IMG/VR virus record: IMGVR_UViG_3300037440_000068
Span: 1 to 42,854 of that record
Source of the DNA: a virus
Lineage: Duplodnaviria; Caudoviricetes
Length of the DNA: 42,854 bases
Direction: 5' to 3' (one strand)
The notes below the pieces were generated by a model. The model did not search any database and was not told the origin of the DNA. It saw only the letters and a list, made by a program, of their open reading frames with translations. The stretch's first letter is position 1. Every line of letters begins with the position of its first letter. A program made the translations under genes and the position numbers. Shown here piece after piece: positions 7,701 through 15,655 of this stretch.

Positions 7701-7899
7701 TGCCAACCCTCGAATACGCCCTTTTTGCTTGTGGCAGAGCAGTAGCGGTTTCAACCCGGACAAGTCCCGCCACCGGGGTTCTGAAAAGCCGAACAGGCGT
7801 TCCACAAGCAATACACCATATTTCCGGCCGTCAGTGGCATTCCCGGGCAGCGGATCCTCAGCAGACCGACTCGCCCGGGCTTCTCTCATCGAGGTATTT

Positions 7900-8334
7900 A
7901 TGCGTTCAATCCACGAAATTGTCGTGCATTGCAGCGCGACGCCGGCTGGAAAGCCGTTCACTGCGACCGATATTGACCAATGGCACAGAAGTCGGGGCTG
8001 GGATGGTATCGGCTATCACTTCGTAGTGCTCCTGGACGGGGCCATTCAGCTTGGGCGGCCAATCGAGAAGCCCGGTGCGCATGTGGCTGGGCACAATTCC
8101 AACAGCATTGGAATCTGCTACATCGGGGGCATGAACTCGGACAACACGCAGGCCGAGAACACGCTGACACAGCGCCAGGCTGATGCCCTTGAGCTTGTCA
8201 TACGGGGCCTGATGAGCCATTTCCCGGAAGCCCGGGTCTTGGGCCACCGAGATTTCCCGAAGGTCGCAAAAGCCTGCCCGAGCTTCGACGTGCGCCGATG
8301 GTGCGCCTCGCGCGGCATCATCCTGGTGGAATGA
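7900..8334 (+). CDS. endolysin, N-acetylmuramoyl-L-alanine amidase (T7 lysozyme-like)
   Basis: IVVHCSAT, HRSRGWDGIGYH, GAHVAGHN, GHRD, KACPSF; GAGGT RBS. Confidence 0.95.
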   Translation: MRSIHEIVVHCSATPAGKPFTATDIDQWHRSRGWDGIGYHFVVLLDGAIQLGRPIEKPGAHVAGHNSNSIGICYIGGMNSDNTQAENTLTQRQADALELVIRGLMSHFPEARVLGHRDFPKVAKACPSFDVRRWCASRGIILVE

Positions 8335-8573
8335 TGGATGCCGCAATCCTGCAATTGATCGTATACCTGCTAGGTGCCGCCATCGTGGGGCTGGTCGGGT
8401 GGGTCTGGCTTCTGTGGCGCGACCATCACTCTCTGAAGGTCAAAGTCGCGGAGGAGTATGTCAGGAACTGGCATCTCGAAGAATTCAGGAAAGAAATTCA
8501 TGCGCTTCGCGACGTGGTTTATAGAATTGCTGTTCGTATGGAAGTCCCGGTCTTTACGGAGCCGTATAAGTGA
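8331..8573 (+). CDS. single-TM lysis-region protein (holin/antiholin candidate)
   Basis: N-terminal TM followed by a charged helical tail. Confidence 0.55.
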   Translation: MMDAAILQLIVYLLGAAIVGLVGWVWLLWRDHHSLKVKVAEEYVRNWHLEEFRKEIHALRDVVYRIAVRMEVPVFTEPYK

Positions 8574-8878
8574 CTGATAAAACAGGGGAAAGTGAGGAGT
8601 TGGCTCGCGCGCTGAACCGCTTTTCGGCGAAGGCGGACGAGTTGATCCGGAGCAATTCCAGCGCATCGACGATCACCATCAATGCGGGCGGCGTTGGCGT
8701 CTGGGTTTCGGTGACGGCATCGCTGATGATGCTGGGCATGATGATGGTCGGCGGCTTATGGCTGAGCCGAGAGTTCGGCCGTATCGACAGCGATTTCAGT
8801 ACCCTACGCAACAACGACGACATTCACGACGCCTACATCAACAAGCTTCGTGCAGAGCAAAAGCAACCGGAGAAATGA
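8570..8878 (+). CDS. single-TM lysis-region protein
   Basis: Central hydrophobic segment VGVWVSVTASLMMLGMMMVGGLWL. Confidence 0.55.
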   Translation: MTDKTGESEELARALNRFSAKADELIRSNSSASTITINAGGVGVWVSVTASLMMLGMMMVGGLWLSREFGRIDSDFSTLRNNDDIHDAYINKLRAEQKQPEK

Positions 8879-9147
8879 CCATGCCAGGCGGACCCATCAT
8901 CATCATCGACCCATTGAAGGCGTTCATTGCCCGCTTCGACTTCAAGCGCGTATGGCGCCGCATTTCGACATGGCTGTCGGTAATAAACACGTCGTCTCTG
9001 GCGGGTTTGGCGGCCTATGCATTGCTGGATCATGGCGCAAAGGCAGCATTCCCGGTTTGGGCGCTTGCTGCGCTGGGAAGTGCTGCGGTCGGTTCTGCGG
9101 TCCTGACCCCGTTCGCCACCAGCTTCAAGCAGAAGCCGGCTGAGTGA
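8875..9147 (+). CDS. putative holin
   Basis: FKRVWRRISTWL followed by two TM segments and a short basic C-terminus; directly before the spanins. Confidence 0.6.
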   Translation: MTMPGGPIIIIDPLKAFIARFDFKRVWRRISTWLSVINTSSLAGLAAYALLDHGAKAAFPVWALAALGSAAVGSAVLTPFATSFKQKPAE

Positions 9148-9626
9148 TCCCGTACGCGTCACTGTTGAAGGCCGGAGCCGTCGTAGTGGCATTCGTCCTG
9201 TTCCAGGTGATGTTCTACCGCTGGGCGGACGGAAACGGCTACAACCGCGCCAACGCGCGTGCCGAGAAGGTAATCGGCGAGTTCATGGCAGCCGAGGCCG
9301 ATGCACAGCGTGACGCCCGCAAGGCTGAGCAGGGCATGCAAGCGGCTGTCAACAAGCTGGCGGTCGAGTATCAGAGAGGGTTCGATGATGGCAAGCATAC
9401 CGAGGCGTCTACAGTGGCTGGCCTGCGGGCTGGCACTGTGCGCCTGCAAGACCTCTGGAGAGGTTGCGAGACCGATCGCCTGTCCGCAGGTGCCGAGTCC
9501 GCCCGCGCCATTGATGACGCCGATCAACGCCGAGCAGAGGCTGCGGGACGAGTTATTCGAGTCGGCGCCGAGTGTGACGCCCGTCAAGACGCATGGCGTC
9601 GATACGCCGAGGTGGTGACGCAATGA
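9144..9626 (+). CDS. i-spanin (Rz-like)
   Basis: N-terminal TM, coiled coil, LRAGTVRL motif, embedded lipoprotein gene. Confidence 0.85.
   Translation: MIPYASLLKAGAVVVAFVLFQVMFYRWADGNGYNRANARAEKVIGEFMAAEADAQRDARKAEQGMQAAVNKLAVEYQRGFDDGKHTEASTVAGLRAGTVRLQDLWRGCETDRLSAGAESARAIDDADQRRAEAAGRVIRVGAECDARQDAWRRYAEVVTQ
9385..9618 (+). CDS. o-spanin (Rz1-like) lipoprotein, embedded in +1 frame
   Basis: AGAGAGGG RBS; signal peptide with lipobox LCAC; Pro-rich CPQVPSPPAPLM. Confidence 0.85.
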   Translation: MMASIPRRLQWLACGLALCACKTSGEVARPIACPQVPSPPAPLMTPINAEQRLRDELFESAPSVTPVKTHGVDTPRW

Positions 9627-11041
9627 AGGTCGTTCAGTTCACTAGGGTTGGCTACATCGAGGTCAGGAAACCAGACGGTGAACTGGTATCAAGGCACATC
9701 GTCGATGAGGAAGCGTACGAATCTGCGAGCGCGGCTCCAGGCGAGTACCTGATCACGTCAACCCGCAAGATGGTCGTCAGGGCTGAAGCATGTCCAGCGC
9801 CAGTACCAGACCCTGAGCCTGAGCCCGACCCGGATCCGATGCCCGAGCCAAACCACACCCCAGACCCCGAGCCGTCAGGCGATGTGGCAACCGCGATCGA
9901 AGCGCTCCCACAGCACCGCGACCAGATGGCTGATCCTTCGGTTGCGTATCGCAAGGTCAGGGCCGGGCTGGCCGGTTACAGCCGCTATAGCTTGGCCAAC
10001 TGCGACGACACGTTGCTGATGGTGCACGGTGAGAACAGCACGAGTTGCCACATCGTCGAACGCGCTTCCGGACAGACCGTGAAAACCCACCAGGTCGGCG
10101 AACACCACGACCTGCGCTGGAACTACACCAAACCACGCGAGATGTTCTTCCACGACCGGATGAAGTTCTACCGGATGGACGCCATGAGTGGTGCCCGCAC
10201 CTTGGCGCACGACTTCGCCGCTGACTTCACCGATGGCAGCTACATCACGATGGATGCGGAGGGCGACAGCTCAAACGACTCGCGCTACTGGTGCTTCATG
10301 GTCATGCGCGAGGTCCAGTCCGGCAGCTACCCATGCGTGGCCGTGTTCACCTACGACGTTCAGGCCGACAAGATCATCGGCACCCTGCGCCCGTCTGACT
10401 TGGGCGTGGCGCAACTGCGCAGGCCTAACATGGTGGAGGTGTCGCCAGACGGGCAATGGGCACTGATCCACACAGGACGCAGCTACAGCGGCTGGTATGA
10501 AAGCCTAGCTGGCACCGTTCAGGATGGCCCTCACTTCTGGCCGCTGGACCTGGACCAAGCCGGCGCGGTGCGCGCATGTCCCGATGAAACCCATTCAGGT
10601 TGGGCGCTTGACGCACTGGGATACCCCATGTTCGTCTACCAAAACAACCGAACCGACTGGATCGAGGCGATCCGCCCCGGCACAGAGTACAAGGCCGACG
10701 GTTCCAACCAGATACGGATCGCCCACCAGGGCGAGTTCGACAAGGACTGGAACATGGGCTGGCACATCGCCAAGGCCTACACCGCGCGTGGCTATGCACT
10801 GATCAGCACGTATTCAAGCGGGCAGAACGACTGGGCCGACAATCAGGTCTATTTCTACCCACTGGAGTCCAATGCCACGCCTCGGCGAGTGGGTCCGACG
10901 ATGACCAAGTACCCTGGCAATGAGGGCTACCGCAACGAGTCCCCGGCGTCGTGGTCGTTCTCCGGGCGTCTGATCCACTTCCACAGCAACGGCGGGAACG
11001 GTTCAGGTACACGAGAGGTGTTCGAGGTGGAACTGTCATGA
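9623..11041 (+). CDS. Pro/Asp/Glu-linker plus probable beta-propeller protein
   Basis: PDPEPEPDP linker; repeated blade-like motifs (SNDSRYW, VSPDGQW, SWSFSGRLIHFHSN). Confidence 0.7.
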   Translation: MKVVQFTRVGYIEVRKPDGELVSRHIVDEEAYESASAAPGEYLITSTRKMVVRAEACPAPVPDPEPEPDPDPMPEPNHTPDPEPSGDVATAIEALPQHRDQMADPSVAYRKVRAGLAGYSRYSLANCDDTLLMVHGENSTSCHIVERASGQTVKTHQVGEHHDLRWNYTKPREMFFHDRMKFYRMDAMSGARTLAHDFAADFTDGSYITMDAEGDSSNDSRYWCFMVMREVQSGSYPCVAVFTYDVQADKIIGTLRPSDLGVAQLRRPNMVEVSPDGQWALIHTGRSYSGWYESLAGTVQDGPHFWPLDLDQAGAVRACPDETHSGWALDALGYPMFVYQNNRTDWIEAIRPGTEYKADGSNQIRIAHQGEFDKDWNMGWHIAKAYTARGYALISTYSSGQNDWADNQVYFYPLESNATPRRVGPTMTKYPGNEGYRNESPASWSFSGRLIHFHSNGGNGSGTREVFEVELS

Positions 11042-11232
11042 TCAGGAAGGATGGCAGCATGACTCATGTCCCGCCGCATCCATGGCCGTCCCGGCTACTG
11101 TCAAAGCTTGAGAGGGCCCACGCCCTTGCCAAGCGCTACTCGTTGCAAGGCAGGCCGCAAGAGCACATTGATAGGATGTGGCGAACTGTGCACCCGTATG
11201 TCTACCAGCCTATCGACATGGGCCCACGCTGA
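11038..11232 (+). CDS. hypothetical protein
   Basis: ATGA overlap with the upstream stop. Confidence 0.5.
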   Translation: MIRKDGSMTHVPPHPWPSRLLSKLERAHALAKRYSLQGRPQEHIDRMWRTVHPYVYQPIDMGPR

Positions 11233-11254
11233 TGGGCGCCAGGAGCAATAACAC

Positions 11255-11446
11255 ATGAGCCTGACCGCAAGACTCAAACGCATAGAGGACCGCATCACAG
11301 CGCTGGAAGGCGTGATCGGTGATGTGGCAAGGAATCAGGCAGAACTGGCTGAGGCTATCGTTGAGGATGAGCCAGAACAGGAGCCAGAGCGCACGTTAGA
11401 TGGCGACTTAGTGTTGGGCGAGCGTGACCATAACCAACCGCTGTAA
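11255..11446 (+). CDS. small coiled-coil protein
   Basis: AGGAG RBS; RTLDG acidic tail. Confidence 0.65.
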   Translation: MSLTARLKRIEDRITALEGVIGDVARNQAELAEAIVEDEPEQEPERTLDGDLVLGERDHNQPL

Positions 11447-11465
11447 AATCAGAGAGGAACGGCTA

Positions 11466-11654
11466 ATGAATGATCTATACGCGAAGGCGTTTAACAATTG
11501 GATGGACGACTACGTGAACAACCCAGAGCAGTTTGAGAGCCTGACCAAGACGACGCTAGACCATCTTCGTGCGAGACTAAACGGTAGAGCGCCCACTTAT
11601 GGTGAGTCATGTGCGGTCACGTTTGAAGCCTACTTATCTCAGGCTGATGCCTAG
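11466..11654 (+). CDS. hypothetical protein
   Basis: GAGAGGA RBS. Confidence 0.65.
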   Translation: MNDLYAKAFNNWMDDYVNNPEQFESLTKTTLDHLRARLNGRAPTYGESCAVTFEAYLSQADA

Positions 11655-11922
11655 CCGCTACGGCCAAGGACGAGGCGGCCGCCCATGGCGCAGGCTTAGG
11701 GATGCGGTGTTTCTGAGAGACGGCTACACATGCCGTGACTGCAACCGAGCGCTACTTCCTGATGAGCTTGAATGCGACCACATCATTCCCACAAGCAAGG
11801 GTGGCACAGATGCCATGGACAACCTGGCAACAAGATGCATCACATGCCACGAGGCCAAGACCAACAGGGAGATGGGCATCACCACCAAGGCGCGTATAGG
11901 GGCTGACGGATGGCCCGAATAG
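11647..11922 (+). CDS. HNH endonuclease, terminase cofactor type (HK97 gp74-like)
   Basis: WRRLR..VFLRD.YTC..C...DHIIP..KGGTD...NL...C..CH..KT; immediately before terS. Confidence 0.9.
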   Translation: MPSRYGQGRGGRPWRRLRDAVFLRDGYTCRDCNRALLPDELECDHIIPTSKGGTDAMDNLATRCITCHEAKTNREMGITTKARIGADGWPE

Positions 11923-11937
11923 TCAGTCGGAAGCAAG

Positions 11938-11953
11938 TGTTCCACGTGAAACA
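11938..11953. promoter_or_regulatory. parS-consensus palindrome
   Basis: TGTTCCACGTGAAACA matches the chromosomal parS consensus TGTTNCACGTGAAACA. Confidence 0.75.
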
Positions 11954-12055
11954 TGGGGCGGGGAGGCTGTTCAGTTTCAAGCTCCACTGCCGGACACCGG
12001 CCGCCATCCTTTCGTGCTCTAATTCGTAACAAATACAGACCTAGACAGTACAGAA
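11954..12055. other. predicted cos/packaging region
   Basis: Non-coding gap between HNH and terS with a G-run, the usual cos location in HK97-like phages; exact cut site not identifiable. Confidence 0.45.
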
Positions 12056-12469
12056 ATGAGCAAACAATCAGCTGCCAGCCTCAGCGTTGTTCCGGTCAAG
12101 CCGCTTGGTCGGATTGAGCCGCCTACGTCCTTGGCTGGGGAAGAATTGAAGCTTTGGCGGGCTGTGGTCGATTCCAAGCCGGCCGATTGGTTTGGAGAGG
12201 ACTCGGCACCGTTACTGACCGAATACGTCAGGGCTGTATGCCATTCAGACGAGCTTGACCGGGTGATCAAGTCCATGTCATTGGATGATCAGGAGTGGGT
12301 TACGAACGCGAAGCCCTACATGGATTTCATGCGAATTCGGGACATGGAAGCCAAGCGCGCCGTGTCTATTGCCACAAAGCTACGACTTACACAGCAAAGC
12401 CGATACACGCCCCAGGCGGCTTCGACGGCTAACAAAAAGGCTGGACAAGTCAAGCCTTGGGCATCTTGA
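12056..12469 (+). CDS. terS: terminase small subunit
   Basis: PP..L......W......KP.DWF...LL.EY...ATKLRLT.QSR pattern; position. Confidence 0.8.
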   Translation: MSKQSAASLSVVPVKPLGRIEPPTSLAGEELKLWRAVVDSKPADWFGEDSAPLLTEYVRAVCHSDELDRVIKSMSLDDQEWVTNAKPYMDFMRIRDMEAKRAVSIATKLRLTQQSRYTPQAASTANKKAGQVKPWAS

Positions 12470-12494
12470 ACGCTTTTTGTCTAGCGGCTAAAAT
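12466..12494 (+). promoter_or_regulatory. promoter for the homing endonuclease (probably leaderless)
   Basis: TTGAAC-17nt-TAAAAT with the ATG 7 nt downstream. Confidence 0.55.
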
Positions 12495-12500
12495 GGTGGA

Positions 12501-13397
12501 ATGGATTACCGTCAGATATACGCCCGCTTCATTCTTGACCGCCGAGCCAAGGAAGATGGGCTTTGCGGGTACTCAGAAAGACACCATGTCATCCCGCGAT
12601 CACTGGGCGGTACAGATGCTCCGGAGAATTTAATTAGGATGACTGCCGAGGATCACTTCTTTGCGCATCTGCTATTGGCCAAAGCGCATGGCGGCAAGAT
12701 GTGGTATGCCTTGGTTGCGATGACCATCGGCAGTAACGGTAGGAACTTGTGCAATGGCTTTTTGAGGCGGTCTAGACGCGTGGTTTCCAGGGCGAGGGAA
12801 GAGGCCGCTGGTGTTCATTCCACGGCGATGAAGGGTCGCTTCGCTGGGGACAAGCACCCCATGTATGGGAAGCCTTGCTCGGAGCTGGCAAAGGAGAGGA
12901 CTAGAGAAAGGCACGCTGCGGGGCTTGGGCCTATGAGCCGACCTGAAGCGAGAGACAAGGTTTCCAAGAAATTGAAAGGTCGTGTCTTCTCGGAAGAGAC
13001 GAGAGCCAAGATATCAGCTACCAAGACTGGTCAGCCAAGATCTGAGGCTTCAAGGAAGAAGCAGAGCGCGACCATGACCGGCAGGAAATTGTCGGATCAG
13101 CATAAAGAAAACGTCAGGCTTGCAAACACTGGGAAGAAGCGATCTCCTGAGCATTTGCAGCGGATGCGGGAGATAAACTTGGGGAAAACTCTCTCTGAAG
13201 AGACCAAGGCAAAGATTCGGAAACGGTGGGCTGAGCAGGGCCACCCAAGAGGGATGCTTGGGAAAAAGCAATCTCCAGAGTTTAAGGGCATGATGAGGAG
13301 ACTAGCTGCCGCTAGAAAGCAATATGCGGCTGTCCATTCTGTCCCGATCAGGAAGATTACCAAGGCGATGTTGATTGAGGCGGGGATGTGGCAATAA
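12501..13397 (+). mobile_element. free-standing HNH homing endonuclease with NUMOD3 repeats
   Basis: ERHHVIPRSLGGTD..ENL...TAEDHFFAHLLL; HPMYGK, SEETRAKIS, SEETKAKI repeats. Confidence 0.85.
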
Positions 13398-14908
13398 GCC
13401 GAGGCGAGAGGAATATCCAGTGGATTCACGACCACTGTAAAGTTCCTGAAGGGGCGCTAGTCGGACAGAAGGTGGTCCTGCGTGACTGGCAGCAGGACAT
13501 CCTTCGCGGGATTTACGACACCCCCACTCGCAGATCCATAATTTCCTTCGGACGGAAGAATGGTAAAACGGCCATCTCTGCGTTCCTGCTGCTGCTTCAC
13601 TTGGTAGGCCCGGAAGCGAAGGCTAATAGCCAGCTATTTTCTGCCGCGCAGTCGCGCGAGCAGGCCGGGATTTTGTTCCGTTTGGCCAGCCTAATGGTCA
13701 GGATGTCAACTGAGCTTTCCCAATACGTTGTTGTCCGAGACACAGCGAAGGAACTTCTTTGCCCAGAGCTTGGGACTAAGTACCGGGCCTTGTCTGCTGA
13801 GGCCTCTACCGCTTATGGGTTGTCCCCGGTCTTTGTTGTGCATGACGAGCTGGGTCAGGTTAAAGGTCCAAGATCCGAGCTTTACGATGCGTTAGAAACT
13901 GCATCGGCTGCTCAGCAAAGCCCTTTGTCCATCATCATTTCTACTCAGGCCCCTACTGACGCCGACTTGCTTTCTCAGCTAATCGACAAGATGGCGAAGA
14001 ATAAGCTGGAGTCAGCTAGGCCAGAGGAAAAGCTTTACCTATATACGACTCCGGATGACGCAGACCCGTTCGCAGTCGAGTCAATCAAGCTTGCAAACCC
14101 TGCGTTTGGAGATTTCCAGAATCCTGAAGAAGTGATGGATCAGGCTGCAACGGCAAAGGAAATGCCGTCTGCTGAAAACACGTATCGCAATTTGATTCTG
14201 AATCAGAGAGTTAACATGGCGAACCCGTTCGTCTCCCGTGCGGTGTGGGAGGCAAACGATGGAGAGCCCGATTACACGGCATTCGACCGCGACGTATTCG
14301 TCGGCCTGGACTTGTCGTTCCGACACGACCTGACGGCTGCTGTTGCGGTGAGAAAAAATGAAGGAAAGTGGCACGTCTGGCCGACATTCTTTGCGCCGGC
14401 TGACGGGGTAAAGGAACGATCCCATCGTGATCGGGTTCCGTATGATCTTTGGTCGAAGCAAGGGAAAATAATCCTGACGCCAGGGCCAACGGTCGAATAT
14501 GAGTTCGTGGCCCGCTGGTTGGCGGATTTCTGTTCTGCGCACGGGGTTCGGGAAATACATTATGATCGGTGGCGTATGCCCGTGCTTAACGCCCACCTTT
14601 CTCACATGGATATGGTCCTGCCGCTGGTCGAGTTCGGGCAGGGGTACAAGTCAATGACGCCCGCACTGGATGTTCTGGAGGCTGAATTGGTCGCCAAAAA
14701 CCTGCGTCACGGTGGCCACCCTGTCCTGAACATGTGTGCTGCAAACGCGGTGGCTATTTCTGACCCCGCAGGGGGCCGGAAGCTGGACAAGAGCAAGTCC
14801 ACGGGCAGGATTGACGGAATGGTTTCCTTGGCAATGGCGATTGGCGGCGCGGCCGCCTCGCTGCAAGAAGAGCCAACAAAACCCCTATTGATGTTCACTT
14901 TGGGATAG
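13388..14908 (+). CDS. terL: terminase large subunit
   Basis: Walker A GRKNGKT, Walker B VVHDE, nuclease GLDLS and RIDG. Confidence 0.95.
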   Translation: MAISRGERNIQWIHDHCKVPEGALVGQKVVLRDWQQDILRGIYDTPTRRSIISFGRKNGKTAISAFLLLLHLVGPEAKANSQLFSAAQSREQAGILFRLASLMVRMSTELSQYVVVRDTAKELLCPELGTKYRALSAEASTAYGLSPVFVVHDELGQVKGPRSELYDALETASAAQQSPLSIIISTQAPTDADLLSQLIDKMAKNKLESARPEEKLYLYTTPDDADPFAVESIKLANPAFGDFQNPEEVMDQAATAKEMPSAENTYRNLILNQRVNMANPFVSRAVWEANDGEPDYTAFDRDVFVGLDLSFRHDLTAAVAVRKNEGKWHVWPTFFAPADGVKERSHRDRVPYDLWSKQGKIILTPGPTVEYEFVARWLADFCSAHGVREIHYDRWRMPVLNAHLSHMDMVLPLVEFGQGYKSMTPALDVLEAELVAKNLRHGGHPVLNMCAANAVAISDPAGGRKLDKSKSTGRIDGMVSLAMAIGGAAASLQEEPTKPLLMFTLG

Positions 14909-14916
14909 GATTCACT

Positions 14917-15519
14917 ATGGAACTTGCAAATCGAGCATATGCCGCCTTCGAGGTGAAGGCGATTGGAGATGGGCGCAGGACATTCAAAGGATGGGCAACC
15001 ACGCCTGCCGTTGACCGTGTTGGCGATACCATTGATCCGCTAGGGGTTCGATTCAAGAACCCTCTTGCGCTTTTGCACCAGCACCGAAGCGACATGCCAA
15101 TCGGCACGGCTGTTTTCGGTAAGCCCACTGCAAAAGGAATCGAGTTCGATGCCGAGATCCCTGTGGTCGAGGAGCCGCTGGCGCTGAAAGAGCGGCTTGA
15201 TGTCGCATGGGGCGAGATCAAGAGCGGTCTTGTTCGTGCTGTGAGCATCGGTTTTCGTCCGATCAAGTACGCCTTCAAGGATGATGGCGGTGTCGATTAT
15301 CAGGAGATCGAGGTTTATGAACTGTCCAGTGTAACAATTCCGGCGTTGCCGGAAGCGGTTATCACTTCTGTGAAGTCCATGAGCCCGTTGACGCACGAAT
15401 CCATCAGCGCCATCAAGCGGTTCGACAATGCGATACGCATGGGAAGTGTCCCGTTGCTGCAAGCCAAGAAAATCCTTGGTTTGTCTGGTGGTGCGGTGAG
15501 CTTGAACAGAGCAACATAA
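14917..15519 (+). CDS. HK97-type prohead protease
   Basis: GWATT..VDRVGD, LLHQH...PIG, VSIGF, ELSSVTIPA. Confidence 0.9.
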   Translation: MELANRAYAAFEVKAIGDGRRTFKGWATTPAVDRVGDTIDPLGVRFKNPLALLHQHRSDMPIGTAVFGKPTAKGIEFDAEIPVVEEPLALKERLDVAWGEIKSGLVRAVSIGFRPIKYAFKDDGGVDYQEIEVYELSSVTIPALPEAVITSVKSMSPLTHESISAIKRFDNAIRMGSVPLLQAKKILGLSGGAVSLNRAT

Positions 15520-15613
15520 TTCAGCAGGCATCCGCCCGTGGAAAGGCGGTTGAGGGTCCTCCGTGGAACGAGGAGCGCATGTCTGCAACCCGGCTGTTTA
15601 TTCAGCCGAGCCC

Positions 15614-15635
15614 AAGCCGCTTAATGCGGCTTTTT
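15614..15635 (+). terminator. terminator-like hairpin before the capsid gene
   Basis: AAGCCGC-ttaat-GCGGCTT-TTT. Confidence 0.55.
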
Positions 15636-15655
15636 CATTAACTGGAAGAATCAAC

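Noticed and set aside
7140-7900. tRNA genes in the late leader
   Set aside because: No cloverleaf, T-loop GTTCRA or CCA end found
12501-13397. Group I intron around the HNH/NUMOD3 gene
   Set aside because: terS and terL are both intact and there is no flanking space for an intron core
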